Assembly: GCA_049724395.1 (NCBI GenBank)
Contig: JAUGWO010000027.1
Span: 1 to 64,000, forward strand
From: Spongospora subterranea f. sp. subterranea
Lineage: Eukaryota
DNA length: 64,000 bases
Direction of reading: 5' to 3'
The notes under the pieces were generated by a model. It made no database searches and had not been told where the DNA came from. It saw nothing but the letters and a program-made list of their open reading frames with translations. The translations under genes and the position numbers were made by a program. Positions 47,628 through 64,000 of this stretch are shown here, piece after piece; position 1 is the stretch's first letter, and each line of letters starts with the position of its first letter.

Positions 47628-50600
47628 TCAGCGATTGCCTTGATTAGCTCGCTGCCAAACTGAAGCGCTGCTTACAGGAGACATAACTCGGTGGGTTTGT
47701 CGGGATGTGTAAGCGGATCCACTAAGTGCACTGTAATCTGCTGGATTGACGGCTGTTAAAGGAATATCTTGTGGCAATTCGAATGACGCGTAAAACTTCT
47801 TAACTGGTCCTGCAGCTGCTGGTCTAAGTAATGAGTTCGGCGTTGAATACAAACTCGTTGCCAATGCCCGCCCGGAAGTGTGCGATGGTGCCCCCGATGC
47901 AGCGGGCAATATTGGTGCTACAGATGCTGAAGTCGGCGCAGGGGTTATTGGTGCTACAGACGCTGAAGTCGGCGCAGGGGTGATTGGTGCTACAGATGCT
48001 GAAGTCGGCGCAGGGGTTATTGGCGCTACAGATGCTGAAGTCGGCGCAGGGGTTATTGGCGCTACAAACGCTGAAGTCGGCGCAGGGGTGATTGGCGCTA
48101 CAGATGCTGAAGTCGGCGCAGGGGTTATTGGCGCTACAAACGCTGAAGTCGGCGCAGGGGTGATTGGCGCTACAGATGCTGAAGTGGGCGCAGGGGTGAT
48201 TGGCGCTACAGATGCTGAAGTCGGCGCAGGGGTGATTGGCGCTACAGATGCTGAAGTGGGCGCAGGGGTGATTGGCGCTACAGATGCTGAAGTCGGTGCA
48301 GGTGTTATTGGCGCTACATACGCTGAAGTCGGTGCAGGTGTTATTGGCGCTACAGACGCTGAAGTCGGCGCAGGGGTTATTGGCGCTACAGATGCTGAAG
48401 TCGGCGCAGGGGTTATTGGCGCTACAGATGCTGAAGTCGGCGCAGGGGTGATTGGCGCTACAGATGCTGAAGTCGGCGCAGGGGTTATTGGCGCTACAGA
48501 TGCTGAAGTCGGCGCAGGGGTGATTGGCGCTACAGACGCTGAAGTCGGCGCAGGGGTGATTGGCGCTACAGATGCTGAAGTCGGCGCAGGGGTTATTGGC
48601 GCTACAGATGCTGAAGTCGGCGCAGGGGTTATTGGCGCTACAGATGCTGAAGTCAACGCAGGGGTGATTGGCGCCACAGCTGCTGAGGTGAGTGAGGGTG
48701 TCGTAGCGGACGTCAATGATGAAGTATACAAGTGGTGCTTTCTTCCTGGGGTGGAAGAAGGAGCTACAGCTAATGCAGCTGGCGCAGTTGTACTTGGGGA
48801 CACAAATGTTGAAGTCGGTGCAGGTGTTATTGGCGCTACATACGCTGAAGTCGGTGCAGGTGTTATTGGCGCTACAGACGCTGAAGTCGGGGCAGGGGTT
48901 ATTGGCGCTACAGACGCTGAAGTCGGTGCAGGTGTTACTGGCGCTACAGACGCTGAAGTCGGTGCAGGTGTTACTGGCGCTACAGACGCTGAAGTCGGTG
49001 CAGGTGTTATTGGCGCTACATACGCTGAAGTCGGTGCAGGTGTTATTGGCGCTGAAGTCGGTGCAGGTGTTATTGGCGCTACATACGCTGGAGTCGGTGC
49101 AGGTGTTATTGGCGCTACAGACCTTGCTGAAGTCGGTGCAGGAGTCATTGGAGCAACAGATGCTGAAGAGGGTGCAGGAGTTATCGGCGCCACAGACGAT
49201 GAGGTTGGTGAAGGTGTTGTAGCGGGCGTCATTAATGAAGAATACAAGTAATGCCTTCTTCCTGGGGTGGACGCAGGAGCCACCGTTGATGCAGCCGGCG
49301 CAGGTGTTATTGGCGCTACAGACGCTGAAGTCGGTGCAGGTGTCAATGGCGCAACAGACGCTGAAGTCGGGGCAGGGGTTATTGGCGCTACAGACGCTGA
49401 AGTCGGTGCAGGTGTTACTGGCGCTACAGACGCTGAAGTCGGTGCAGGTGTTATTGGCGCTACAGACGCTGAAGTCGGCGCAGGGGTTATTGGCGCTACA
49501 GACGCTGAAGTCGGTGCAGGTGTTATTGGCGCTACAGACGCTGAAGTCGGTGCAGGTGTTATTGGCGCTACAGACGCTGAAGTCGGTGCAGGTGTTACTG
49601 GCGCTACAGACGCTGAAGTCGGCGCAGGGGTTATTGGCGCTACAGACGCTGAAGTCGGTGCAGGTGTTATTGGCGCCTACAGAAACTGAAGTCGGTGCAG
49701 GTGTTATTGGCGCTACAGACGCTGAAGTCGGCGCAGGGGTTATTGGCGCTACAGACGCTGAAGTCGGTGCAGGTGTTAGTGGCGCTACATACGCTGAAGT
49801 CGGTGTAGGCGTTCGTGGCGCTACAGATGCTGAGGTCGGTGAGGGCGTTATCGGCGCTACAAATGCTGATGTCGGTGCAGGTGTAATTGGCGCCACAGAT
49901 GCTGAGGTCGGCGCCGGCGTTTTTGGCGCTGCAGACGAAGAAGTCGGTGCAGGCGTTACTGGCGCTACAGATGCTGAGGTCGGCGCAGGTGTCATTGGCA
50001 CAACAGATGCTGAAGTCGGCAGAGGAGTTATTGGTGCTGAGTTCGGTGCAATTGTTGCAGACAGTGCCTTATTTAAGGTGTTTCCAGAACCATCAGCGCA
50101 CACACTTGTTGACGTTGTGTTTTCCTGGAATGGCCGCGACGAAGTTGATGATATTGGAGCAGCGGTCGGAACAGATGATTTTGGAAATGCGAATGATGAA
50201 TTTTGCTGGGATGCCAGAGGATCTGTCTCGTATATAGGTATTGCCCGTCTTTGTTCACTACCGTACGAAAAACGCTTATACTTTTCATTCCCCTTGCAAA
50301 TTTCGAATGGCCTATCGTGTTTTGTAGGCTGAAAATCATAGGTGCATGCGAATGAATAAATCAACTGTGTTGAACTTGGCTTGGCGCAGAGATTTTGGCT
50401 GCACCCGATTTTGGTAACATTTTGGCTGATCATTTGCTTGTAATTCTCACATGAATGACCGATCATACAAAGGTTACGATCAGCATCATAATATTGGCCC
50501 TCGGCAAGCCATGCTGATAGTACTTGCTCCTGGGTAAAAGGTGTGAAACTACTGATAGCACTCATGGCGCGGTTGTGGACAGAGCCGTCGTCAGAGCAAT

Positions 50601-50787
50601 TGCTTATCAAAGCACGAGCTTGGCCTTCCAGTGCCGTATCCCAAACTATTTCCCCCAGAGTTGTACACGCAGTGGCATTCAAAGATGATCGTAGATAATT
50701 GTGAGCTTGAACAATGGTCTGTGGCTTGATAACTTGAGACTGACTTAAAGCTATGGATAAAATGGCGAAAAAAACAATTTGAATCAT
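47628..50787 (-). CDS. Secreted CAP/SCP/PR-1 domain protein with long Pro/Thr/Ser/Ala mucin-like repeat (+1 frameshift near 49676)
   Basis: Signal peptide MIQIVFFAILSIALS. CAP motifs 'AHNYLRS', 'WDTALE', 'AWLAEGQYYD', 'ENYKQMI..VTKIGCS', 'CTYD'. A 36-bp repeat encodes APITPAPTSASV. Confidence 0.85.
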
Positions 50788-51103
50788 TGTAACGGATATG
50801 TGATTAAGTTACTCCTTGGAAATATGGCAATATGAGGACACAGGAAAGAATCCATGCAAAAATTGACGACTGACTCACAGCGCCAAGTTCTAGAGTGTGA
50901 CTCATCGCGATACCATGATTGCAAAGGACCATGAGATGCAACTGTGTGTGTTGAATCTCTATGGTGTTCTGGTGGCAATCTACCAATGCATACTTCACCT
51001 TTACACAATAATATGAATTTAGTAGGCTATACGTAATCGCCGAGACCAATTGGATAATCCTGGATTGGGCGCATAACTGTTACTCTGAAGATTTCAATAT
51101 TCT

Positions 51104-54100
51104 TTATGTTGATGCAAAACTTGTCCATCGCTCCATATCAATGTTATCAACATCGGTCGAAGGAACTGTTGATTTAGAGTTCAACGCGCCTGAATGTCTT
51201 GTATAAACACAAATCCGCACTCATTTCAAGCATACCTTGACAAAATTCTTTTACAGAATCATTTCCTGACAGTCCGGACGACGCAAGTTTCCGCAACAGT
51301 GGCCGATCAGAAGTCAGAGCTTCAACTAGGAACAATAGTTAAGCTGCCAGAGAACCAAAACCGACTGACTGTTTTTCAACCGACTCACAGAATCGGTTTG
51401 CCTGCCGTCGATGAGTAAATATATGGAAGAACGAAGCACACTTAGCGACAGTGGCAACTTGAACAGGATCTAGCAGAATGTTGCTCAAAATAGATAGCAT
51501 ACCTGATGAAAAAATTTAGAAAGCAACATTTACGCTGATCAATGATTACTGAGAGGGTGCGCCTTGAACCACAATGTTATAACGCGCACAGTGAAAACGC
51601 TTTGGACTGCTGCAGGTAGCTTACATAACGCCAGAACATGGTCGATCTACAATTCCATAAGATGAGAAGAACGAAATCAACAGAAGTCACGCATACTGCA
51701 GTACCAGTGGCTGTAGGGAACCCCATAAGGAAAATAGGCCCTGGAAATCGAAAGCCGCTATGGTTCCTCGTTTACTGCACATGATAACAACAATTTTCTC
51801 GGTAAAATCAATGACCATGCCAGGTTCCCAACCACAGATGACATTTGTCAGTAGAGTCCATCCCCAGCTTTGCTCGTGATGCGTTAGGCTTAGCATACTT
51901 TGACAAAGTCGAATCATGAGAGCAACCTTCACAAGCAGATAAAAATGTGATTTCAGAATACCACGGCAACTAACTTTACCCGTTCGTCTAGGTCATCCAA
52001 TTGAAAACAGTTTATCACGCCAGTTGACAACGAGAGGCTCATCTCACACAGATCAGCAGGAGGGCAAGAATCGAGAAGCCGGGAAAACAAGGCCGGGTCA
52101 ACCAACAACTCGGAGGGAAGTTGATGGTAACACCACAAAAGCAAAGTACTGCAATAAAACGCAGATAAGAATAATATGCAATATCGAAAATAACCGTCAC
52201 GAGCCTAGTATGAGGCGGGCATGCAGATCGGCATGCCCTGATGTCATCATTAACACAAGCTTTCTCCAATTCCAAAGAATTCACATAACAGGTAATATTA
52301 CGTGGGTCCAGCTTGGTCCAATCCAGCATGTGAAATCCAAGTTGTGCTTCGTGTCTGCGAAGAAGCGAAAGCAGCAAAGGGGATGATCTGCGGGAAGCGT
52401 TACCAATACGACACATTTTAAAATTGGCAAACCTTGACGCATTAAAAGCAGATATCAACACTGGAGAAGCACGGAATGTTCCTGTACATAATTGGCTTTT
52501 GAATAATTCCGCTAATGATAGGCCGACCTATAACATCGTTAGCACCATGAAATAGAAGTCTGAAATTTGGCCTCAACTGCACCAAAATCTTCAGCTTTGT
52601 CGGTCGAGTTTAAAAATGAAATCGACGCATTCATCGCAGGGTTTACAATAATATCCACATCGTCAAGGTAAGCATCATTAGATAGTCCAAGAAAAAGATT
52701 CGAAAATGGTTCCTTAAGCTGCAGAGGAAGCCGCTTAAGAATGCGGGCAAGCAGCGACTGGGATTCGCCTGATGACGATTTCCTAGCAAGTTTCGCCTAT
52801 AGATTGTAATTTAGGCGATTCAACGCAGAAGAAATCAACAACAAATACTGGATGTGACAGTGGTGGAGCAGTCGAAGCGCGCTTCAAGATAGGGGCTGAG
52901 CTTTGAGACTGTGGAGTCGTGGCGGAAAAAGCTTTTGGAAAAAGGCTGCTTAAGCAATTCTTCGCAGCCGGGGACAACTGAAATGGGTCAGCCATGGACG
53001 CAGCAATAATGAGGAAACATACAAACAATGCGCTCAATGATGTGACTCCGGCAGCGGCAGACGATTTGATGAAAGCATTTTCAATCGACGCCCGGACTTC
53101 CGCCCGCTCATCTGTGCCAACGTCACAAACACTGCAAACACAGTTATTAATTACTGCCTTACCAGATGGCTGCCACGACGACGCGCAACCAGCGAGAGTG
53201 TCAAGAAGTAACTGAGTAATGTCCTGAAAGGCACAGTCAAGGATACACGGTTGCTTCAAAACCACGTCATTGTACCGGATAGTTCTTAGTTGAATTAAGC
53301 ATTAGCAGCAGGCAGCATTCGAGCCCTGATTAAAATCAGTGACATTGATGAAATGGTTAACACTTATTACTTCCTGCATCGTCGCCAGAGCGAAAATAGA
53401 TCCAGTCCAGCAGCGAAACTCGACATAGTGAACTGATAAATGAAGATTGCCGATATGTCTAGCTACCTCTAGATCAGAACAGGCATGAACAATAAAAATG
53501 CTCAATTGAACCTTGATGAACCAGCCCAATATCATCCATAGAGAAGTACCTCGGCTTTTGATAGGACGAGGGAGACAGCAAAGATATCGAATCAAGTCGA
53601 ATAAATATGATTCGGCTCCACGAACGAATTTTGAATTGATCCAACCTAGATATCTTAACTGACCACCAAGAGGAACCTGAACGAACAATTGTCAGAAAGA
53701 GTCACGGATCGAACCAGTAGATGAACCTCGTGTAAGAGGAACATGATTTTTTCTTCCATGTCCGGAGTTAATCGCGATTGTAAAAATGAAAAGGGAGTTT
53801 GCCGATCAAAAGAAAGACGTAGCCCATCCAGACTCGACTTTATAGGGGGGTACGCCCCGAATACGGTTTGGGCTATTCTGGCGGCATCACGGCCTAAGGA
53901 TCGCCAGTCCTGTGGCTATGGAAACACATTTTCAGATTCGACTCAACAAATAAAGTATAAGCTTACATGATCCAAGATCAATTGAGATACGAAAGATGCA
54001 ACCGCAATTTGTAACTGTTGATCAGGGGCAAGTTCGGGAACAATACGAAGAAAGTGCCACATGGTCATTTGAAGCAGCGGTGGCCTTGTGACAATATAGC

Positions 54101-54795
54101 TACAGCATCACTAGACTTAAGCCAAAGATATGATATAGTCGTAGGTGAATGGCAAACCTCTTGTATTTCTGACTCAAAGAAAACAAGTGTGTAGTGTTTG
54201 TGATCGTTTGGGAAATCGAACTTCCTAAGGATATCTGCCGGAATAAACAAATAATGCACGGTTCAATTGCAGAAACTTCAAGCGAGAGAAATACATCGAG
54301 CATCGAAAAGACCTGACCAAAAAATGAGTCCACGCATGTCAACGACCATTGTGTATTTCAACCTTATTAGCCGGACCGGGAAGAAGATTTGGAAACTTTT
54401 TTTCACACAACTCGAACAAAATGTTGCTAAAGCCTGTGAAGTTGTCCAGCGTAATCGCACGAATACAGGAAAATGACTGAGAAGCATTCGTGAGATGACT
54501 GGCAAAATTGAACATAAAACGGCATGTCGTACTTTTTCGGAATGTTCGTGCCCAATCAGAACGGAATACAGCAGACCTTTGTATACATCAGTTATGTTCT
54601 TTTCCTTAATCAGAAGGGATTGCACGTCAGCGGCATTTTTAGAGGCGATTATTTTGGATAGTTTGTCATAATTTTGCCGGCACGACTGTATGACCATGAT
54701 GTAACTTCAGGCAGTTCGGTGCTAAAGCTTACCTCTTCAAACGGGTCAGGAACGTCAAGTTCGCGTCTCTTAAGCAGCGCCGAAGACTGGAGCAT
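51104..54795 (-). CDS. INTS3: Integrator complex subunit 3 (SOSS-A)-like, multi-exon
   Basis: 'ELDVPDPFEE', 'YKGLLYSVL', 'LQSRLTPDMEEKIMFLL', 'LRYLGW..DLIRYLC..WMILGW'. The 3' end is approximate. Confidence 0.8.
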
Positions 54796-55297
54796 GTTAT
54801 ATCGTAGTCGAGCACCGAGCTAAACACGTGGGTCGCAAAATGGGTCTGTCAGTTATCAGGCGATAAATTTTTTGGACCGATCAGTTAATCTGAGGTGAAT
54901 CCGTTTCATGAAAAGGTTCCTGGATGCAATCACTGAACGATAACCGTAATGATAATGTGGAATGTTGTGGCCGCAGCGATCAAGGCGCACTTGTTCAGTA
55001 TACACTCTCGTGCACACGCTAATGTTGTGCGAAGAGTATCGTACACACACAGACATCGGTAACAGGTCGGTAACGTTGTTATTGTTACAGCATCCTGTAA
55101 CCCCCGTTATTTGTACACTGTACTGTACGCGCTGTTCACGTTGTCCGCACCAGCGTGGGCTGCGCATGCATATCGGTCTGTTGACTCCGACTCTGTTCCG
55201 AATAATCTGGTTTGCCGCAGCTGTTTTATTCGCGCTACGCAGCGCCATCCCATCTGATTCGTTTGAATTGCTGCAGTTCTAGCAACGGCTTAGGCAC

Positions 55298-57009
55298 ATG
55301 AATGTCGAAATCCAGTCGTCAGAGTTAGTGCTGGGCCCTGTTTTCAGTCGGGACAAAATCCAATTTAACTGTGTATTTTTTTAGTGTGGTGAAATTGATG
55401 CTTCAGTTTCTGAAGGAAAACAATCTAACGGAGACGTTGGAGACATTGCAGAGCGAAGCGAATGTGGCTCTGAATACGGTGGATAATATCAAACAATTGG
55501 TGTCCCATGTTCATCATGGCCGATGGGATCATGTCCTCGATATCGTTCCAGATGTGCTCTCGGCTCCGTTAGCCCACGACCTATACGAACACATTATTCT
55601 AGAACTGATCGAATTAGGGGACACTGATACTGCCAAGGCTCTACTAAAGACAGCTTCAGCTATTGCTAGCTTGAAAATTGCTAATCCAGAAAGATTTAGG
55701 TTTTTCTCAAAGTCGATATTGCTGTCAGATCAACGTTTGATCTCCATTTCTACAGGCGATTAGAGAGAATGTTTCTTCAAACTCATTTCAGCGCCGCTGA
55801 AGCTTATCCCGGTCAGGAATCAAAAGCGTCTCGACGGAATGCGATCGCCGAGCAGCTCGAGCATGAGCTTTCTGTCGTAGCACCATCCAGACTCCTGGCA
55901 CTTCTGAATCAGGCGCTGAAGGTACATGGCGAATATTTTCCTGGCGTATTTTAATCGGTTTTAATGTGGAACGCAGTGGCAACAACATCAAGGTTTACTT
56001 CCTGTCGGGTCTCAGATAGATTTGTTTCGTGGCTCTAGTTTGGCATCGATCACGCATGCCGTCGAGAAACTGCCATCCCGGAACGATCGGCTGATCAAAC
56101 TGGGTAAAATGAACCACGCCGAATGCGCTGGCTTTAGCCGCGATGGCATCTTCCTCGTGATCGGCAATGTCGACGGGTTTGTCGAAGTGTACGACAGCGA
56201 GACAGGAAAATTACGCAAGGACCTGCAATACCAGGCCGACGAGCATTTAATGATGCATAGCGATGCTGTTCTGTGCCTCGATTTCGCCCGGGATGGCGAA
56301 CTGCTCGCAACGGGTAGCAGGGACGGGCAAGTGAAAGTGTGGCGAATCAAAACAGGCGCGTGCGTCCGTAAATTCCCTGCCGCCCATTCCCAGGGTGTGT
56401 CTTGCATCCAGTTCTCCAGAGATTCGACCCAGGTCCTCACCGGCTCGTTTGACACCACCTGCCGGGTTCATGGGCTTCGGTCAGGGAAGACGCTCAAGGA
56501 ACTACGTTGCCACAAATCAGCAGTCAACGCCGTTCTCTACAGTGAGGATTGCAGCCGAATATTCAGCGGCGATAACGACGGATCGATATGCGTTTGGGAT
56601 GCGAAATCAACCGATTGTCTAATGACCTGGAGTCCCTACAAGAAAGGCTTCACAACCGTTCCCATTACTGGACTGTTTTGGCTTCCGGGCGTCCGGGATC
56701 AGCTCGTCGTCGTGTCGCGCTCCAATGAAATATTGGTTCTCGGCGCATTAACCGGAGACAAGATCAAATTGTTCACAAACGGAAAACCGAACGTTGACTT
56801 TACAGCTGCAGCGATGTCGGGGTAAAGGACGTTATCTTTATGCAGCAGGCTCAGATTCGGTCCTGTATATGTTCGAGACAAACTCGACCGATCTTGTTCA
56901 TGTGATCAAGATTCACGCAAGCGACGTTCTTGGTCTTGTTCATCATCCGTTTCTCAATACGCTGGCGTCGTTTTCAGGAGATTGTACATTAAAACTTTGG
57001 AAACCGTAA
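55298..57009 (+). CDS. SMU1: SMU1 WD40 spliceosomal protein (LisH-CTLH-WD40); +1 G near 56820
   Basis: 'VVKLMLQFLKENNL..ALNTVD', 'APSRLLALLNQALK', 'KLRKDLQYQA..MMH', terminal 'LKLWKP'. Confidence 0.95.
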
Positions 57010-58952
57010 TCTAAAAACTATATTCTTCTTCTGATTACTCGAAATCGACTGCACCATCTGGTCATTTGCGCTGCTTCGAACCTCATCAACGCAATCAACA
57101 ACAGAAACGATGGTTTAAAAGCGCCAATACCCTTTCAGCATCTAACGGTAACCGACAAGTTTAGATGATGCAACACCTTTCATAGATCCTGCTCGAAAGT
57201 CGATTGCTGAAGAACTTGCTGATCCAGGATCAAGGGTTCTGGGGTCGCTATTTACAGATGACCCATCTGCCTGCTACACCTACAGGATTTGCTTAGGAAA
57301 CCCATTGTAAAACCCAGCGGCAAAACTCATCGGGATCATCAAAATCCTCAAAACCGGAATTCAGTTCCCCTTACCGTTCGTGACAAGGGCCATGACGATT
57401 CGTCGATGGAGCCTCCTCTATGAAAATACATTCCAATAAGTTTTTAGCAGTATATGATTCGCCAAAAATCACTTATGTAGGCAAACTTCTGTGCTCGCCG
57501 CAGCATTATTGCGATATTTATCTATAAAGACTCCATCGACGAACCATCGTGATCCAAGGGTGAGGGTTGTCAACATCCTCGCCGGATTCCTTTCGAGGGT
57601 TTTACGACCTGTTGGATGGCCACCAGAACCCTTGTATTTCTGGACCCGAACAACTTTAGAGCAGGATCTATAAATGGTGTTGCATCTTCAAACTTGTCTG
57701 TAAAAGTTAATTCCAGCCCTAGCTATCTGCCCATGAGGGTCACGATAACCAAAACCTTCGATCTCATACTGTCTCCACTGACCAATGCAATTTGAAGTCA
57801 GATAAAACAGCTTTGAGACTCAAGACCGTTTTTGGTGAAACAGCGACTGCCGAAGTGGTCTTCTTGGGGGCAAGACCTGGTCCTCTGTAATCAGGACCAC
57901 GTTTTCCCAAATATGGTCGGATGGTCTTCATTAGAAGGGCCTGTAAACCAAGTAAATTGCTGATGATGTTGTTTTCAAGCAAGTTCTACCTTGGATTTGT
58001 TGATATTTCCCCATAGAACGGATCGTTCCTCCAAGGTAATCACTATCAATATTAGGGAACTTCCGTTAAGCTCTTTGACATGTTTTTTGTTAATATATTT
58101 CGGGAAATCATGTTCTAAAAGGATTGCTTCCAAGGTAACCTCATGAGGGTTTACCATCCATCCCTTGCTTGTTTCGCTGCCATTTGGCTCTTGCTCATTG
58201 CAAACATGGTTGCGACACTACGAACACTGCTTCAGGCAGCGAACCAGCAAGGGTGAATGCAGAGATTGGAAGCAACCCTTTTGAAACCTGATTTCAAACA
58301 CGAGAAATTCGAAGCAAAACATGTCAAACAGCTGGCTGAGAGGTGATATCACGTAAAATCAGATCGCATGCAATGGAGAAAAAAAAGACTGATTTGTATG
58401 GGGTTATGGGACAAGGAGAACAATAATGACAATAGATATTGAAATGGGGCCGAACTTTCTTGATGCTATCGCACAAGGCGAAATGAAGGAAATTCTGTCT
58501 GTCGAGAAGACCTTGAGAGGACTTGTCGGGTCTTTGAACTCGACCAGGCCCTGCCGCTTGGGAGAAATTCTGCTTTTTGCTCGCAAGGGCGAGCCCAGCG
58601 GCTACAGGAACCATTCGAATGGGGATCGAAACGAGATACATCGACAAAGTTTCAAAGCGCATTTGCAATAAAATCATTGCAGTCGCAAGTATGCTTGTTC
58701 GCATGGATTATGAATTATTGATAAACGTATTGCCCGACAGAACAAAGGTCTTGTTGGAATTGATTTCCAACAATCTAAGATGAATTCCAAAAGGGCATTC
58801 ATTTTCAGGAATGACGACTGCTCGAATTCCGAGGAAACCAGAATCCGCGCATTTGACAATATTCCTGGACAAAGTGTTTGACAGGAACAGAAATCTATAA
58901 ATATCATGAAGAAGAATCCGTGAATAAATGGGACCTCGTCAACAGTAAATAA

Positions 58953-62933
<3,981 letters not shown>

Positions 62934-63148
62934 CGCGAGATGTTGTCGACGGTAATGGGAATCGACCTTATTCAAATGAGGATCCTGTTCCACCTTTTGG
63001 GGATTATTGGGATACAGGCACTGGAGGGTTGCACGCGTTCGTTACTCACAAGCTGCAACCCACTCGACAGAGTGTGTTCAGGGTTACCCCAAGCCACAAT
63101 ACCCCAAATGGGGTGATACCCTCTACCAGCTTAAACGGTCAAGTTCTA

Positions 63149-63751
63149 TTAATTGTGTCTGGGTTGACGAGGTTGAGTTCGCCGAGATATCCAATCGATT
63201 GCAACGCGTTCAGGGTCCATGCCCAGGGCGTCGAACTCGGGAACGGCGTCCACTGCAAAGCCAGCATCGCTCAGCTTGGCGAAAAAAAATCCGGAGAATG
63301 GGCGGTCAGCGAAAGCGTGAACGAATGGGACGCCTGCTGGGACGATGTGCTCCAGGGTCCATACAAGGTCGTCGTGGAACCGGTCATCCCCGATCAGTTC
63401 TGCACCGATGATCAGATCAAAGTCTAGCAAACCGTTGGTGGAGATTGCTTCACAATCGGACAGGCCATCTGGGCCCCAAAGTAGTTGGGCGACTTTAATG
63501 TTCGTTTGTCTGGTCCTCTTGATAAGATTCGCTAGTCCCCATGGGCCATCAGAACACGTCACTTGCGCCCCTTTCGCTTGAAGTTCAATTGCCAGATCTC
63601 CCAGCCCACTACCGAGTTCTAAGATTCGAGTCCCTTTCAGATTATCATCACGATATTTCTCATCAAGGTACTTTGCAAGCACTTTCGATGCCGTCCAAAT
63701 AAATCCGTCCTCTGTCTCTGTGAACTCTCTCGCATATGGATCCATATCCAA
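63149..63751 (-). CDS. Family-16 (METTL21-like) SAM-dependent protein methyltransferase, intronless
   Basis: 'GFIWTASKVLAKYL', motif I 'ILELGSGLG', 'LLWG', 'FDLIIGAELI'. Confidence 0.85.
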   Translation of the reverse strand: MDMDPYAREFTETEDGFIWTASKVLAKYLDEKYRDDNLKGTRILELGSGLGDLAIELQAKGAQVTCSDGPWGLANLIKRTRQTNIKVAQLLWGPDGLSDCEAISTNGLLDFDLIIGAELIGDDRFHDDLVWTLEHIVPAGVPFVHAFADRPFSGFFFAKLSDAGFAVDAVPEFDALGMDPERVAIDWISRRTQPRQPRHN

Positions 63752-64000
63752 GATTGTTTACCAATTGCTTCGAAAATCCTAGGGCGCGCGCCTTTCCAGT
63801 TTGCAATCCGTTCAATTACGAAAACTGGGTAAATCAAAGGTGTTTAATAAAAATCATTGACAATGACATATCGATTTCAGAACTCAACTCTCCCCCCGTA
63901 CGTTCAACGGCCATTTTTTTTCGCCTCATATTGTGTCCGCACAACCGTATCCTCCGATTGTTATTGCAGTTAATGCCGAGCTTGCGGTTTGAGTTTTGAA

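Noticed and set aside
47878..50332. Long plus-strand ORFs (GATDAEVGAGVI)n and (LALQTLKSVQVL)n
   Set aside because: Antisense shadows of the stop-free 36-bp coding repeat. The signal peptide and CAP domain are on the minus strand.
57050..58800. Short ORFs between SMU1 and the USP gene
   Set aside because: Fragmented and unrecognised; may hide a small spliced gene or pseudogene but cannot be supported.

Overview
Eukaryotic genomic DNA with many short (about 45-65 nt) GT-AG introns. It is not prokaryotic and has no CRISPR array. The compact genes, flagellar genes and effector-like secreted proteins suggest a plasmodiophorid-type plant-parasitic protist (inference only). Bases 1-25,900 are a transposon-rich compartment: MULE, Tc1/IS630, DD39D mariner, pogo, Ty3/Gypsy and Ty1/Copia remnants, one tRNA-Leu(TAG), and two diverged copies of a secreted-protein gene with an EAR-like repressor motif (DLELRL/DLELKL) and a basic NLS-like patch. 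Bases 26,000-64,000 are gene-dense: thioredoxin reductase, DUF1749 hydrolase, C9orf78-like, ALG1, CEP131-like, zf-4CXXC protein, CatSper-like channel, transketolase, a CAP/PR-1 mucin-like protein followed by a 68-bp minisatellite, INTS3, SMU1, a USP4/11/15-like protease and a METTL21-like methyltransferase. The best leads are the EAR-motif effector pair and a pogo transposon carrying a spliced second gene (CCHC motif plus a HIRAN-like segment). Homologies were recognised by eye from motifs, and exon and element boundaries are approximate. Single-base frameshifts in homopolymers, even in SMU1, suggest assembly indels, so pseudogene calls are provisional.
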